DNA from: an uncultured Chloroflexia bacterium
GTDB lineage: Bacteria; Chloroflexota; Anaerolineae; Anaerolineales; Anaerolineaceae
Reading direction: 5' to 3'
DNA: 32,000 nucleotides
Assembly: GCA_963704755.1 (NCBI GenBank)
Contig: OY969938.1
Location: 3,540,001 to 3,572,000 of the forward strand
Within the stretch, counting starts at the first letter, position 1. Each line of letters opens with the position of its first letter. The notes beneath the pieces were generated by a model, which did not search any database, was not told the origin of the DNA, and was given only the letters and a program-made list of their open reading frames with translations. The translations under genes and the position numbers were made by a program. Shown here piece after piece: positions 22,585 through 30,800 of the stretch.

Positions 22585-23922
22585 TTAATTTTCTGCTTTG
22601 GCTTCCAGAGCGCGGGCTGCCAACTCATTGTGCAGGTTGGTGATATCTTTGGGGATAAAGTAGATCGCGCCCAGCAGGAAGACCACGCACAGGATCCAGG
22701 CGATGCTGCAAATGAGGATGATCGAATTGCCGACCGAGGTGGCGTCGGCGATGGCGCCGGCGATCAAAGGCGCGCTGGCCGCACCGAACGATTCGAGGAA
22801 GCTCTCGAGAGCATTGGCGGTCGAGCGGACCTCCGGGACGGTGACATCGTACATGGTGGAGATGATGTTCGGCGAGGCGAAAGGCATAAAGAAGGCGGTG
22901 AAACACAGCAGAATGGCGAACAAAAGCACCTGGGAGTTGGCCGTGTGCATGGCAAAGTACAGCCCCACCAATCCGCAGAATACGCCGATCACGCTGGCGA
23001 TCAGGCGGCCGCGTTTGGTGCGTTTGAATAATTTGTCGCCCAACCAGCCGCCGGCCGGGTACCCGCCGGCCATGAGTAAAATAGCCGGGGCCATGATCAG
23101 CAGGGTGGTCGAGTCGCTGTAGCCGCGTTCTTTGCCCAGGTAGCCAAAAATGTAATAGGTGATCACGTTCCAGGGGAAGACGCCGAAAAATCCCTGCAAA
23201 TAGACCAGGATCAGGCTCTTCTTTTTGAAGATCGTGGCGGCGGTTTTCCAGCTAAATTTATATTTGGCGGTTTCGACACCCTGAAGCTCATCCTCACCGC
23301 TGCCCCGCGGGACATCTTTGACGGTGAAGAAGATCGCAACGGCCAGGAAAATGCCGAGCGTGCCGGTCAGGAAAAAGACGTGCCGCCAGCCTCCCAACGC
23401 ATCGGTGAACAGCAGGGCGATGACCATGCCGATCAAATAGCCGATCGGCTGGGTCAATTGCAGCACCCCGTAGATTTTGCCGCGCGCCTGGGGTGAAAAC
23501 AGGTCCGAGATCAGGCTGTACATACCGGGGTAGCTAGAATCATCGATACCGGTGGAGGAGCGGGTGACCATAAACGAAGAAAAGGTCGGCGCAATTGCGC
23601 TGAACCAGGTGGTCGAGCCCCAAATCAAGGAAGCCAACGCCAGCAATTTGCCGCGGTTGTACTTGTCGTTCAGCCAGCCCCACAGTGGGTAGAGAGCCGA
23701 GCCGACGATCAGCGCGCCGGTGTTGATCATGCCCCACTGCGTATAGGTCATGTGGAACGTATCCATGATCGGGTTCTGCAATGGCCCGATCAGGAGCTTA
23801 TCGGTCTGGTGCAGCAGCATGAAAATGAAGAAAACAACAACAGAGGTCTTGGCAGTGCGACTGAACGTTTTTTTACTTCGTTGTGCTTCGACAGCTTCCA
23901 TTAATGCTCTCTCGCAGCCCAT
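22585..23922 (-). CDS. MFS transporter
   Basis: 445 aa with ~12 hydrophobic segments. It has MFS motif-A-like WGWLNDKYNRGKLLALASLIW and a second-half repeat GGWLGDKLFKRTKRGRLIA. The start is uncertain (ATG 23922 or ATG 23901). Confidence 0.85.
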   Translation of the reverse strand: MGCERALMEAVEAQRSKKTFSRTAKTSVVVFFIFMLLHQTDKLLIGPLQNPIMDTFHMTYTQWGMINTGALIVGSALYPLWGWLNDKYNRGKLLALASLIWGSTTWFSAIAPTFSSFMVTRSSTGIDDSSYPGMYSLISDLFSPQARGKIYGVLQLTQPIGYLIGMVIALLFTDALGGWRHVFFLTGTLGIFLAVAIFFTVKDVPRGSGEDELQGVETAKYKFSWKTAATIFKKKSLILVYLQGFFGVFPWNVITYYIFGYLGKERGYSDSTTLLIMAPAILLMAGGYPAGGWLGDKLFKRTKRGRLIASVIGVFCGLVGLYFAMHTANSQVLLFAILLCFTAFFMPFASPNIISTMYDVTVPEVRSTANALESFLESFGAASAPLIAGAIADATSVGNSIILICSIAWILCVVFLLGAIYFIPKDITNLHNELAARALEAKAEN

Positions 23923-23955
23923 ATATTGGTTTGTTTCTTGTTGGGGGACTCTGCA

Positions 23956-23985
23956 ATTCTAGCGCGGTTTCTTTGAAATTGTCAA
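23956..23985 (-). promoter_or_regulatory. Near-consensus sigma70-type promoter reading into the MFS and ATPase genes
   Basis: The minus strand reads TTGACA (23985-23980), an 18-nt spacer, then TAGAAT (23961-23956). It is about 35-55 nt upstream of the two candidate MFS start codons. Confidence 0.55.
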
Positions 23986-24236
23986 ACGATTTTGCCGAGG
24001 GATTGGCTAATAATCCGGTGATCCGGGCAGGAGGAGTACCGGTAGGCGCTGATTTTCGCCGCAGCAGCAACGCACCGCCCGGCCTGGGCTAAGAAAACCT
24101 GCCCGCGTGTATTCTTTCTGTTTTGAGGCGCAGCAGGTTCCTACCCCGGGCATGGGGCTGCCGGCGCGATTCCGGCGATCACAGCCGGTTTACGGTCGCG
24201 CCGGGCGTCTGGGTGCCCGGGGGTACATCCCTGTAT

Positions 24237-24956
24237 TCACTTACCGTCGTTAACCTGGGTAAAAGTGATGGCCAGGCGCTTGGTGTAGGTTTGGGCATTT
24301 TTATCCCAGGTGCCTTTCAGGCAGGTAATCAGGGTCAGGTCGGCGGGGAAATTAGGATCGGTCAGTTGGCTTTCATCCGAACCAACCTGATAAACCTGGT
24401 TGACCTGATAGTCGCTGCTTTTATCGGGGGTCACAATCGTGACCACATCCCCAATCTTGAGCTGGTCAACATTGAAGAAGGGCCCCTGGACGCTGCCGAC
24501 CAGGTCGAGGTGGCCGATGATGGCCTTGTTCCCGGGCTGGTCGAGGGGAGCCGAGCCTTCCAGCCAGCCGGCATTCACGCCCAGGTTCGAGAGATCCCAT
24601 CCCGACGCGGTGAGGGGCACTTTGACCACCGGGAGGTCCAGTTTCAATCGAGGAATTTCGAGCCTGGCGATGACTTCCTCCGTGCTGCCGGGCAGACCTT
24701 CCCCGGCGGCCGGCAGGATAAAAGCCTGGGTGGGTTTCGCGGCCGGCGGCCGGGCAGGCGCGCTGGTCGGCTCGGGTGTATTGGTCGGGAGGGGCGTGCT
24801 GGTCGGTAAAGGCGTACTGGTGGGCAGGGGTGTGTTGGTCGCCAGGGGCGTATTGGTAAAACCCAACATGCTGGAGCTGGCCGTCGAATGGGGCCTGGCC
24901 AGCAGCAGGGTGACGATACCGATCAGGGCGATGTACAGGACGAACATTTTTTTCAT
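24237..24956 (-). CDS. Sortase-family transpeptidase, membrane-anchored, with TP-rich linker
   Basis: I prefer ATG 24956 (MKKMFVLYIALIGIVTLLLA), which is preceded by GGAGG 7 nt upstream, over the track's GTG 24980. The catalytic triad context is AIIGHLD (His), LTLITCLKG (TLxTC-type Cys) and TKRLAITF (Arg). Confidence 0.85.
   Translation of the reverse strand: MKKMFVLYIALIGIVTLLLARPHSTASSSMLGFTNTPLATNTPLPTSTPLPTSTPLPTNTPEPTSAPARPPAAKPTQAFILPAAGEGLPGSTEEVIARLEIPRLKLDLPVVKVPLTASGWDLSNLGVNAGWLEGSAPLDQPGNKAIIGHLDLVGSVQGPFFNVDQLKIGDVVTIVTPDKSSDYQVNQVYQVGSDESQLTDPNFPADLTLITCLKGTWDKNAQTYTKRLAITFTQVNDGK
24768..24857 (-). repeat. Five tandem 18-nt coding repeats (hexapeptide T[NS]TP[LE][AP]) forming the sortase stalk
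   Basis: The plus-strand units are cggctcgggtgtattggt / cgggaggggcgtgctggt / cggtaaaggcgtactggt / gggcaggggtgtgttggt / cgccaggggcgtattggt. They translate to TNTPLATNTPLPTSTPLPTSTPLPTNTPEP. Confidence 0.8.
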
Positions 24957-24976
24957 GAATAAACCTCCGAAGAAGA

Positions 24977-27829
24977 TCACCGTATAACCAGCGGCAAATC
25001 GACCAGATGGTACGTTGTGGTGTCCATGTGGAGGAAAGTTGCCGGGTCGCCAAGCAAGGAAAAAGTATCCAGGGCATCCAGGCCCTGGTCGGTTTGGTTG
25101 GCCAGGTTGAGTTTACCTGCCAGGGTGGCTGCGCCGATGGAAACATCGGCGCCGGGATCCAGCAGGGCCAAAAAACCATTGGCCAGCAGGTCTTGAGAGG
25201 AAGAATAACCGAAGCCGGTCGAGCCCCACACGGCGATGGCGCCGCCGTTGGGCTGGCGCAGCAGGCTTTCGTCCAGGGTGGGCAAATTGGGCACCTGGAA
25301 TGAGCCGGTCAGGCAGGTCATCTCGAGTAAAACGGGCAGGCGCGGCGCGTTGGTCAGGCCGGAGACGTCATCCAGGTGGAAGAAACGCTCGACGCCCCAT
25401 TGGTGGATCGACGAATGCCCGTGATAGACCATAATCTCGTCGCCGTCCTGCCACTGGTTGAACACGGCCTGGCGGAAGGCGGCGTCATCGTTCTGGGCCG
25501 GGTTGTAATACAGCTTGCGTGCGATCTGAGGTGGCTGGGTCAGTTCCTGGATCCAGGCGTTGGCAGTGGCCTGAAAATTGCTGGTGCTGTCGGCCGTATC
25601 GGCCACGAAAGCCATGGTCTGGCGCCACAAGCCAGGGGTGGGGGTCTGATCGTATTGGACCAGTTTTTGGACCACCGCGGCCAGTTCGGCTGTCGAGTTG
25701 ACCGGCAGTCGCCCGAGCAGATAGTCGGGCAGGTCGTCCGCGCCATCGACCGTCACGTACTGGTTATCGGCGGCGGTTTCCCCGGCCAGCGGATCCACAT
25801 CCGCCAGGTAGGGCGGGATATAGGTTGCACTCGAGCTGGACAGGTAATGCTTGGGGTCGGCCGTGCCATCCCCGACCAGAAGGATGTAGTCCGGCCGGGG
25901 GCTCCAGGTGGTGTAAATCGAAGCCAGGTAGGCGCGGATCGCGTCCGCGGTGGGACGGCCGTCGTACCAGTCGTAAATCCCCTGGACGTCCTGGACGGCC
26001 ACGCTCAGCCCCTGGGAGCGGCGCAGGTTGACCAGGCTGCTCAAGCCGGAGATGAAGGCCTGCGGGGCGATGATCAATTCGTTCGCGCCGCTGGCGGTTT
26101 GCAGCGCGGTGGTCATGCGCACCCTGGCCGGGGCCAGCAGCCCGGAAGCGTTGGAGAGGCTGTAACTGTGGGCGCTTTCCGCGCCGGCCGGGTCGCCAAA
26201 CTGGACGGTATTGCCGTTGGTGACCATATTTTCCAACTGCCTGGGCTGGTCGGGGTCGGTCACGTCGTAGGCGAGCAGGCCGGTCAGGTTCGAAAGCCCG
26301 ATCGTATAGCGCTCTCCGCCGGTATCCTCCCCGCGGACCTGGGCCTGCTGCCCGACTGCACCGGTGGTGCGGACGTAATCCAGCGCAAAGGCGTCCAACC
26401 ACAGCCCTTCCACCGTGATGCCGGGCAAGGAGGGCAGGGTCAGCTTCAGGCTGTTGGCGCCTGTCTTGAGCACATTGGCCGGGATGGCCAGGGTCGTCGC
26501 GGCGGCCTGTTTGCCGTCGAAGGTCAGCGAGCCCAGGCTGGTGCCGTTGACAGCGGCCTGGATGCGATGGTCGTTCGCGGCGGCTACATCCGTGTAGCCG
26601 ATGACCCACAAGGTCAATTGGGCTGCACTGGTGGTATCCGGGTCGGTCAGGTTGAAGGTGTAGGTCGCCGAAGTGCGGTCTGGAAAGCGCAGGTCGTCCC
26701 ATACCCAGCGGTCGCCGTCCCGGCCGGCCGGGATAGGCGCGCAGTTGCAATCCGGGGTGTACAGGTTGTTTTGTTCGAAGGTTTGCTGCACGTGCGCCTG
26801 GCCCTGGGTAAGCCCGCTCGGGTCGCCATCCTGGGTGGGGATGAGCTCGGACGGATCGGCCGAAAAGCTCAGAAAATACACATCCGTGCTGGTGTAGCGG
26901 CTGAAGCGTGGGGCCGCATAGAACAAGAAGTATTCGTTGCTTTCGAAGGTAGTGTTGTCGTTGCCCTGCCACTGGATGGGGATTTCGACACCGGCACGGG
27001 TCAGGTGCAGGTCGTGCGGATCGACCTGGCCGACCGGGAAACCGGCGCTTTGCAGTTCGGCGTAGGTCACGGCCGTGATCCCGATCTGCGAGACCTCGAT
27101 GGCAGCCCGCGGGCTGCCGCCGGACCCCTGGATGGCTGCCGTTTGCGGGGCGGTTTCGGCCGGCGTCACCTGGGCCTGCTGGGGGTTGAGCAATTCGGCC
27201 CGCACGGTATCGACCAGCGGGTCGGAATTACCCTGGATATCCACCCTGGGCGACTCCACCTGGAAGTTGATGCTGGCCTGGATATGGGTCACGGCCACCA
27301 ACCCGCCGGCGCTGATGCGCAGCGGGTAAAGGGTCAACTGGGCCAGGTCCAGGCCGGCTACCCGTCCCAGGTACTTGATCTGCACTGGGTCGGGCGAAAA
27401 ATCGTCTTGATAGGGTTGGGCGGGCGGGGTGGTTTCGCTGCCATCCGGGTTGAGGGCAGGCTGCTGGTCAGCGGCCACCCAGGCGCCATCGGGCAGGGAC
27501 AGGTTTTGTTCGTCCAGGCCGGTCACCACCACCTCAGGTTCGGCGCCGGGAGGCAAAGCCACCAGCTTGCGGCAGACCGGCAGGGCCGGCTGGCCGGGCT
27601 CGTCCAGGGGCACGCAGCCGTCCAGGCTCAAGGTAGCTGCCCCATCCGGGCCGGCCTGGATGGTCGGCGTGTCGAACAGCCAGTCCAGGTCCAATCCATC
27701 CGGCCGCAGGGTGACCTGCAAGCCAGGATCCGGGCCGGCCGTTGCCGGGGACGGCCTCGGGCCGGCACCGATGGCGCTGCTCAGCCCGAGGACTACCCCA
27801 AAAAAAATTCGCATGGCGCGCAGGCTCAT
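24977..27829 (-). CDS. Secreted peptidase C25 (gingipain-like) family protein
   Basis: 950 aa. The signal peptide is MRIFFGVVLGLSSAIGA. The C25 core reads ELIIAPQAF...YILLVGDGTADPK...GRLPVNS. The catalytic His is in IMVYHGHSS and the Cys in LLEMTCLTGSF, about 40 aa apart. Its ATG overlaps the upstream stop (ATGA at 27826-27829). Confidence 0.88.
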   Translation of the reverse strand: MSLRAMRIFFGVVLGLSSAIGAGPRPSPATAGPDPGLQVTLRPDGLDLDWLFDTPTIQAGPDGAATLSLDGCVPLDEPGQPALPVCRKLVALPPGAEPEVVVTGLDEQNLSLPDGAWVAADQQPALNPDGSETTPPAQPYQDDFSPDPVQIKYLGRVAGLDLAQLTLYPLRISAGGLVAVTHIQASINFQVESPRVDIQGNSDPLVDTVRAELLNPQQAQVTPAETAPQTAAIQGSGGSPRAAIEVSQIGITAVTYAELQSAGFPVGQVDPHDLHLTRAGVEIPIQWQGNDNTTFESNEYFLFYAAPRFSRYTSTDVYFLSFSADPSELIPTQDGDPSGLTQGQAHVQQTFEQNNLYTPDCNCAPIPAGRDGDRWVWDDLRFPDRTSATYTFNLTDPDTTSAAQLTLWVIGYTDVAAANDHRIQAAVNGTSLGSLTFDGKQAAATTLAIPANVLKTGANSLKLTLPSLPGITVEGLWLDAFALDYVRTTGAVGQQAQVRGEDTGGERYTIGLSNLTGLLAYDVTDPDQPRQLENMVTNGNTVQFGDPAGAESAHSYSLSNASGLLAPARVRMTTALQTASGANELIIAPQAFISGLSSLVNLRRSQGLSVAVQDVQGIYDWYDGRPTADAIRAYLASIYTTWSPRPDYILLVGDGTADPKHYLSSSSATYIPPYLADVDPLAGETAADNQYVTVDGADDLPDYLLGRLPVNSTAELAAVVQKLVQYDQTPTPGLWRQTMAFVADTADSTSNFQATANAWIQELTQPPQIARKLYYNPAQNDDAAFRQAVFNQWQDGDEIMVYHGHSSIHQWGVERFFHLDDVSGLTNAPRLPVLLEMTCLTGSFQVPNLPTLDESLLRQPNGGAIAVWGSTGFGYSSSQDLLANGFLALLDPGADVSIGAATLAGKLNLANQTDQGLDALDTFSLLGDPATFLHMDTTTYHLVDLPLVIR

Positions 27830-30800
27830 CGCACCACAAACGGCAGGTAGAGATGGTAATCGCCCGGTATTTCGCCCAGGATGGCCGAGATTGGATACAG
27901 CGAATGCGGGGTTGCCACGCCGTGGGTATCCACGTCTTCCAGCCAGTAGTACCAGATGCCCGTTCCAGGGGGTGTGTCGGTGTACTGGTAGCTGGCGCCG
28001 TTGTTTTCAGAGCCGGTGGCTTCGGAGGGCACGTAAGTAAGCTGCTCGGCCTGGGAGAAGTCATTGACCGGGGCGCGGTAGAGGTAAAAGCCAACGTTAT
28101 CGATCTCGGTGGCCGTTGCCCAGGTTACCAGGATGTCGGTGTCATTCGACTGGGCTGTGGCTTTGAAGTAAAGCAAAGTGACCGCGGTGGGGTTGGAGAT
28201 GGCCGTATCGGTTGGATCGGAAGGTGTGCTCGTGCCCGGGTCGTCGGTAACACCATCGATCATGTTGGTCGCACTGAGTACGGCCTGGTTGGCAATGGTA
28301 GTGACTCCCGCCGGGAGGGGTGCATCGTGGATGCGCACCACGTAGGTGATGGTCGCCGTCGCGCTGGGGTCGAAGTCGCCCAGGTCGATTTGGACGCTAC
28401 TGTCTCCGGAGGTGTTGCCTTGCAGAATGGTGCCCACGTCGCTGGTGACGGTGCCGGCCTGCAGGTCGGTGTTCGGGTCGGGGGTGTCGTCCACCACCAG
28501 GCTCAGGGCGCTGATCGTGCCGGAGTTGGTCATGTGAATGGTGTACAACACGCTGTCGCCGGGGTTGATCAGGCCATTGTGGTCGGCATCGTTGCTCAAC
28601 ATGACCGACTTGGTGGCCACGATTTGTGGCGCACCGACCGGCGTGATGGTCGGGTCATCCGGGGTGATGGTGCCGGGGTCATCGGTAGTCAGCGGGGCGA
28701 AGTTATCGCCGCTGACCTGGCCCTGGTTGCTCACCTGGGTCAAACCGGCTGCCAGCGGGCTTTCGATCTGCACCTGGAAGGTCAGGGTGTAATCTCCGCC
28801 GAGGGCCGTGATGGAGGGAATATCCACTTCGACGGTGGTATCGCCCGAGGTATTGCCCACGGCCACCGTGCCGCCGGTGTCCGCGCTGACCGAGCCTGCC
28901 ACCAGGGTAGTGTGCTCGTCCGGCTGGTCGCTGAAGACGACGTTGGCCGCATCGGCCGAACCGGCATTGTGGATCGCGATGGTGTATTCGAGAATGTCAC
29001 CCGGGCCGATCAAGCCGTCGCCGTCCTGGTCGATCAGGGTAGCCGTCTTGGTAGCAGAGATGACCGGGGCCTGTTCGATAGTTACATCGGAGGTACTGGT
29101 GTTGTTGCTCCCATCCGGGTCGCTGGTGCTCGCGGAGACCGTCGCGGTGTTACTCAAGGTACCGTAGAACTCGGGGTGCACCATGACCACCAGGGTAACG
29201 CTGGTTTCATCCCCGGAGGCCAGGCTGCTGGAAAGGGTGCAGTTGACGGTCTCGCTGCTGTCCGGGTTGACCGTGTCGCCACAGGTCCAGCCGGTGCCGC
29301 TGGCCGAGATGTAACTGACATCGGTTGGCAAGGGGTCGCTGAGCTGCACGTCCTGGGCATCGGATGGGCCGTTGTTGTCCACCGTGAGGGTGTAGGTGAG
29401 CGGCTGGCCGGGGAGATAGCTGCTGAGGCCGTCCGTATCGGTTTTGGTCACGACCAGGTCGGCTTGTGGATCGGCCGCATCGCTATCCTCGGCGGTGGCA
29501 TCCGCGCTGATCGGGGAGGTCAGCGTGGCCGTGTTGACCAGGTTGCCGCCCTTGTCGGCCCCAATCGTGGGGGAGGTCACGGTGTAGGTGAGCGAGGATC
29601 CGGCCGGCAAATTGACCGTATCGGTGAAGGAATTAGCCGTGCCGGCGTCGCAACCACTGGCGCCGCCGGTGGCATCGCTGCAGGCCCAGCTCCAGGAATC
29701 CAACTGAGCAGGTTTGCTGTCGGTCAGGGTAGCAGCCGGCACATCGGATGGGCCGGCGTTGCTGAGCACGACCGTGTAGGTCAACTGCGTCTGGCCGGGG
29801 ATGTAGCTGGTCAGGCCATCGGTTTTACTCACGCTCAACACCGCATAGGACCCGGCGCTATCCGTGTCGGTCGCGGAGTTGTTGCTCGTGTCGGTTTCTG
29901 CTTCACCGGTGCCGCGGGTCACCGTGACTGTGTTGGTCAGTTCCGAAGTGAGCGAGGAATCGGTCTTGGCAGCCACTGTGTAGGTGATCGACGCACCGGC
30001 CGGCAGGCTGACCGTATCGTTGAAGTCGTCGCTCGAGTTTACATAGCCGGTATTGTCGCAGTCGCTGGCTCCGTCCGCCTCGCTGCAGGTCCAGGTCCAG
30101 GAGGTCACCTGGGCCGGTTTGGCGTCCGCAACGACCGCACCGACCGAATCGGAGGGGCCGGCGTTGGCGACCACGATGGTGTAGGTTACCGTCGCGCCGG
30201 GAGCATAGCTGTCCGAGTGGTCGTCTTTGGACACACTCAAGGCGACTGTCGGATTGGCCGTATCGGTGTCGCTGATGTCGGTGTTGTTGGTCGAATCCGG
30301 GTCGCTGATGCCTGCCGGAGCGCTGGCCGTCGCGCTGGCCGTGTTGACCAGGTCTCCGCTGGCGTTCGAGCGCGGGGTAGCGTTGATCGTATAGGTCACC
30401 GAACTGCCGTTGGGCATGGCCAGCGTCTGGGAAATAGCGCTGCTGCCGCTGCCATCCGCACAGCCGGTCGCCCCGGACGCAACGCAGGTCCAGGACCAGG
30501 TGTCGAACTGGGCCGGCAGCGGGTCGCTGAAGTCCACCGCGGCGGCATCCGAGGGGCCATCGTTGCTGACCACAACCGTGTAGGTCAACGGCGTACCGGG
30601 GATGTAGCTGTCCAGGCCATCCGTCTTGGTCACAACGATATCCGCCTGGCTAGCACTGGAATCGCTATCGGTCACGGTGTTTGCCTTGACGCCGGGATCG
30701 GTTACCCCGGCGGGTGGGGTGATGGTGGCCGTATTGACCAGGCTGCCGGTCTTGTCCGAGGCGATCGTCGGGCTGGTGACCGTGTAGGTGATCGAAGAGC

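Noticed and set aside
23873-24236. Small ORFs (23873-24070 minus, 23883-24092 plus, 24123-24809 plus) and GC-rich hairpins in the sortase-MFS intergenic region
   Set aside because: These ORFs overlap the promoter or the MFS start, or lie antisense to the sortase gene, and have no coding features. The hairpins (for example CCGGGC-N8-GCCCGG) lack U-tracts, so no terminator could be supported.
25376-27850. 824-aa plus-strand ORF antisense to the C25 peptidase gene
   Set aside because: This is the same antisense high-GC artefact (G/R/V/A/L/D-rich, no motifs). The minus-strand frame carries the C25 His/Cys catalytic context and a signal peptide.
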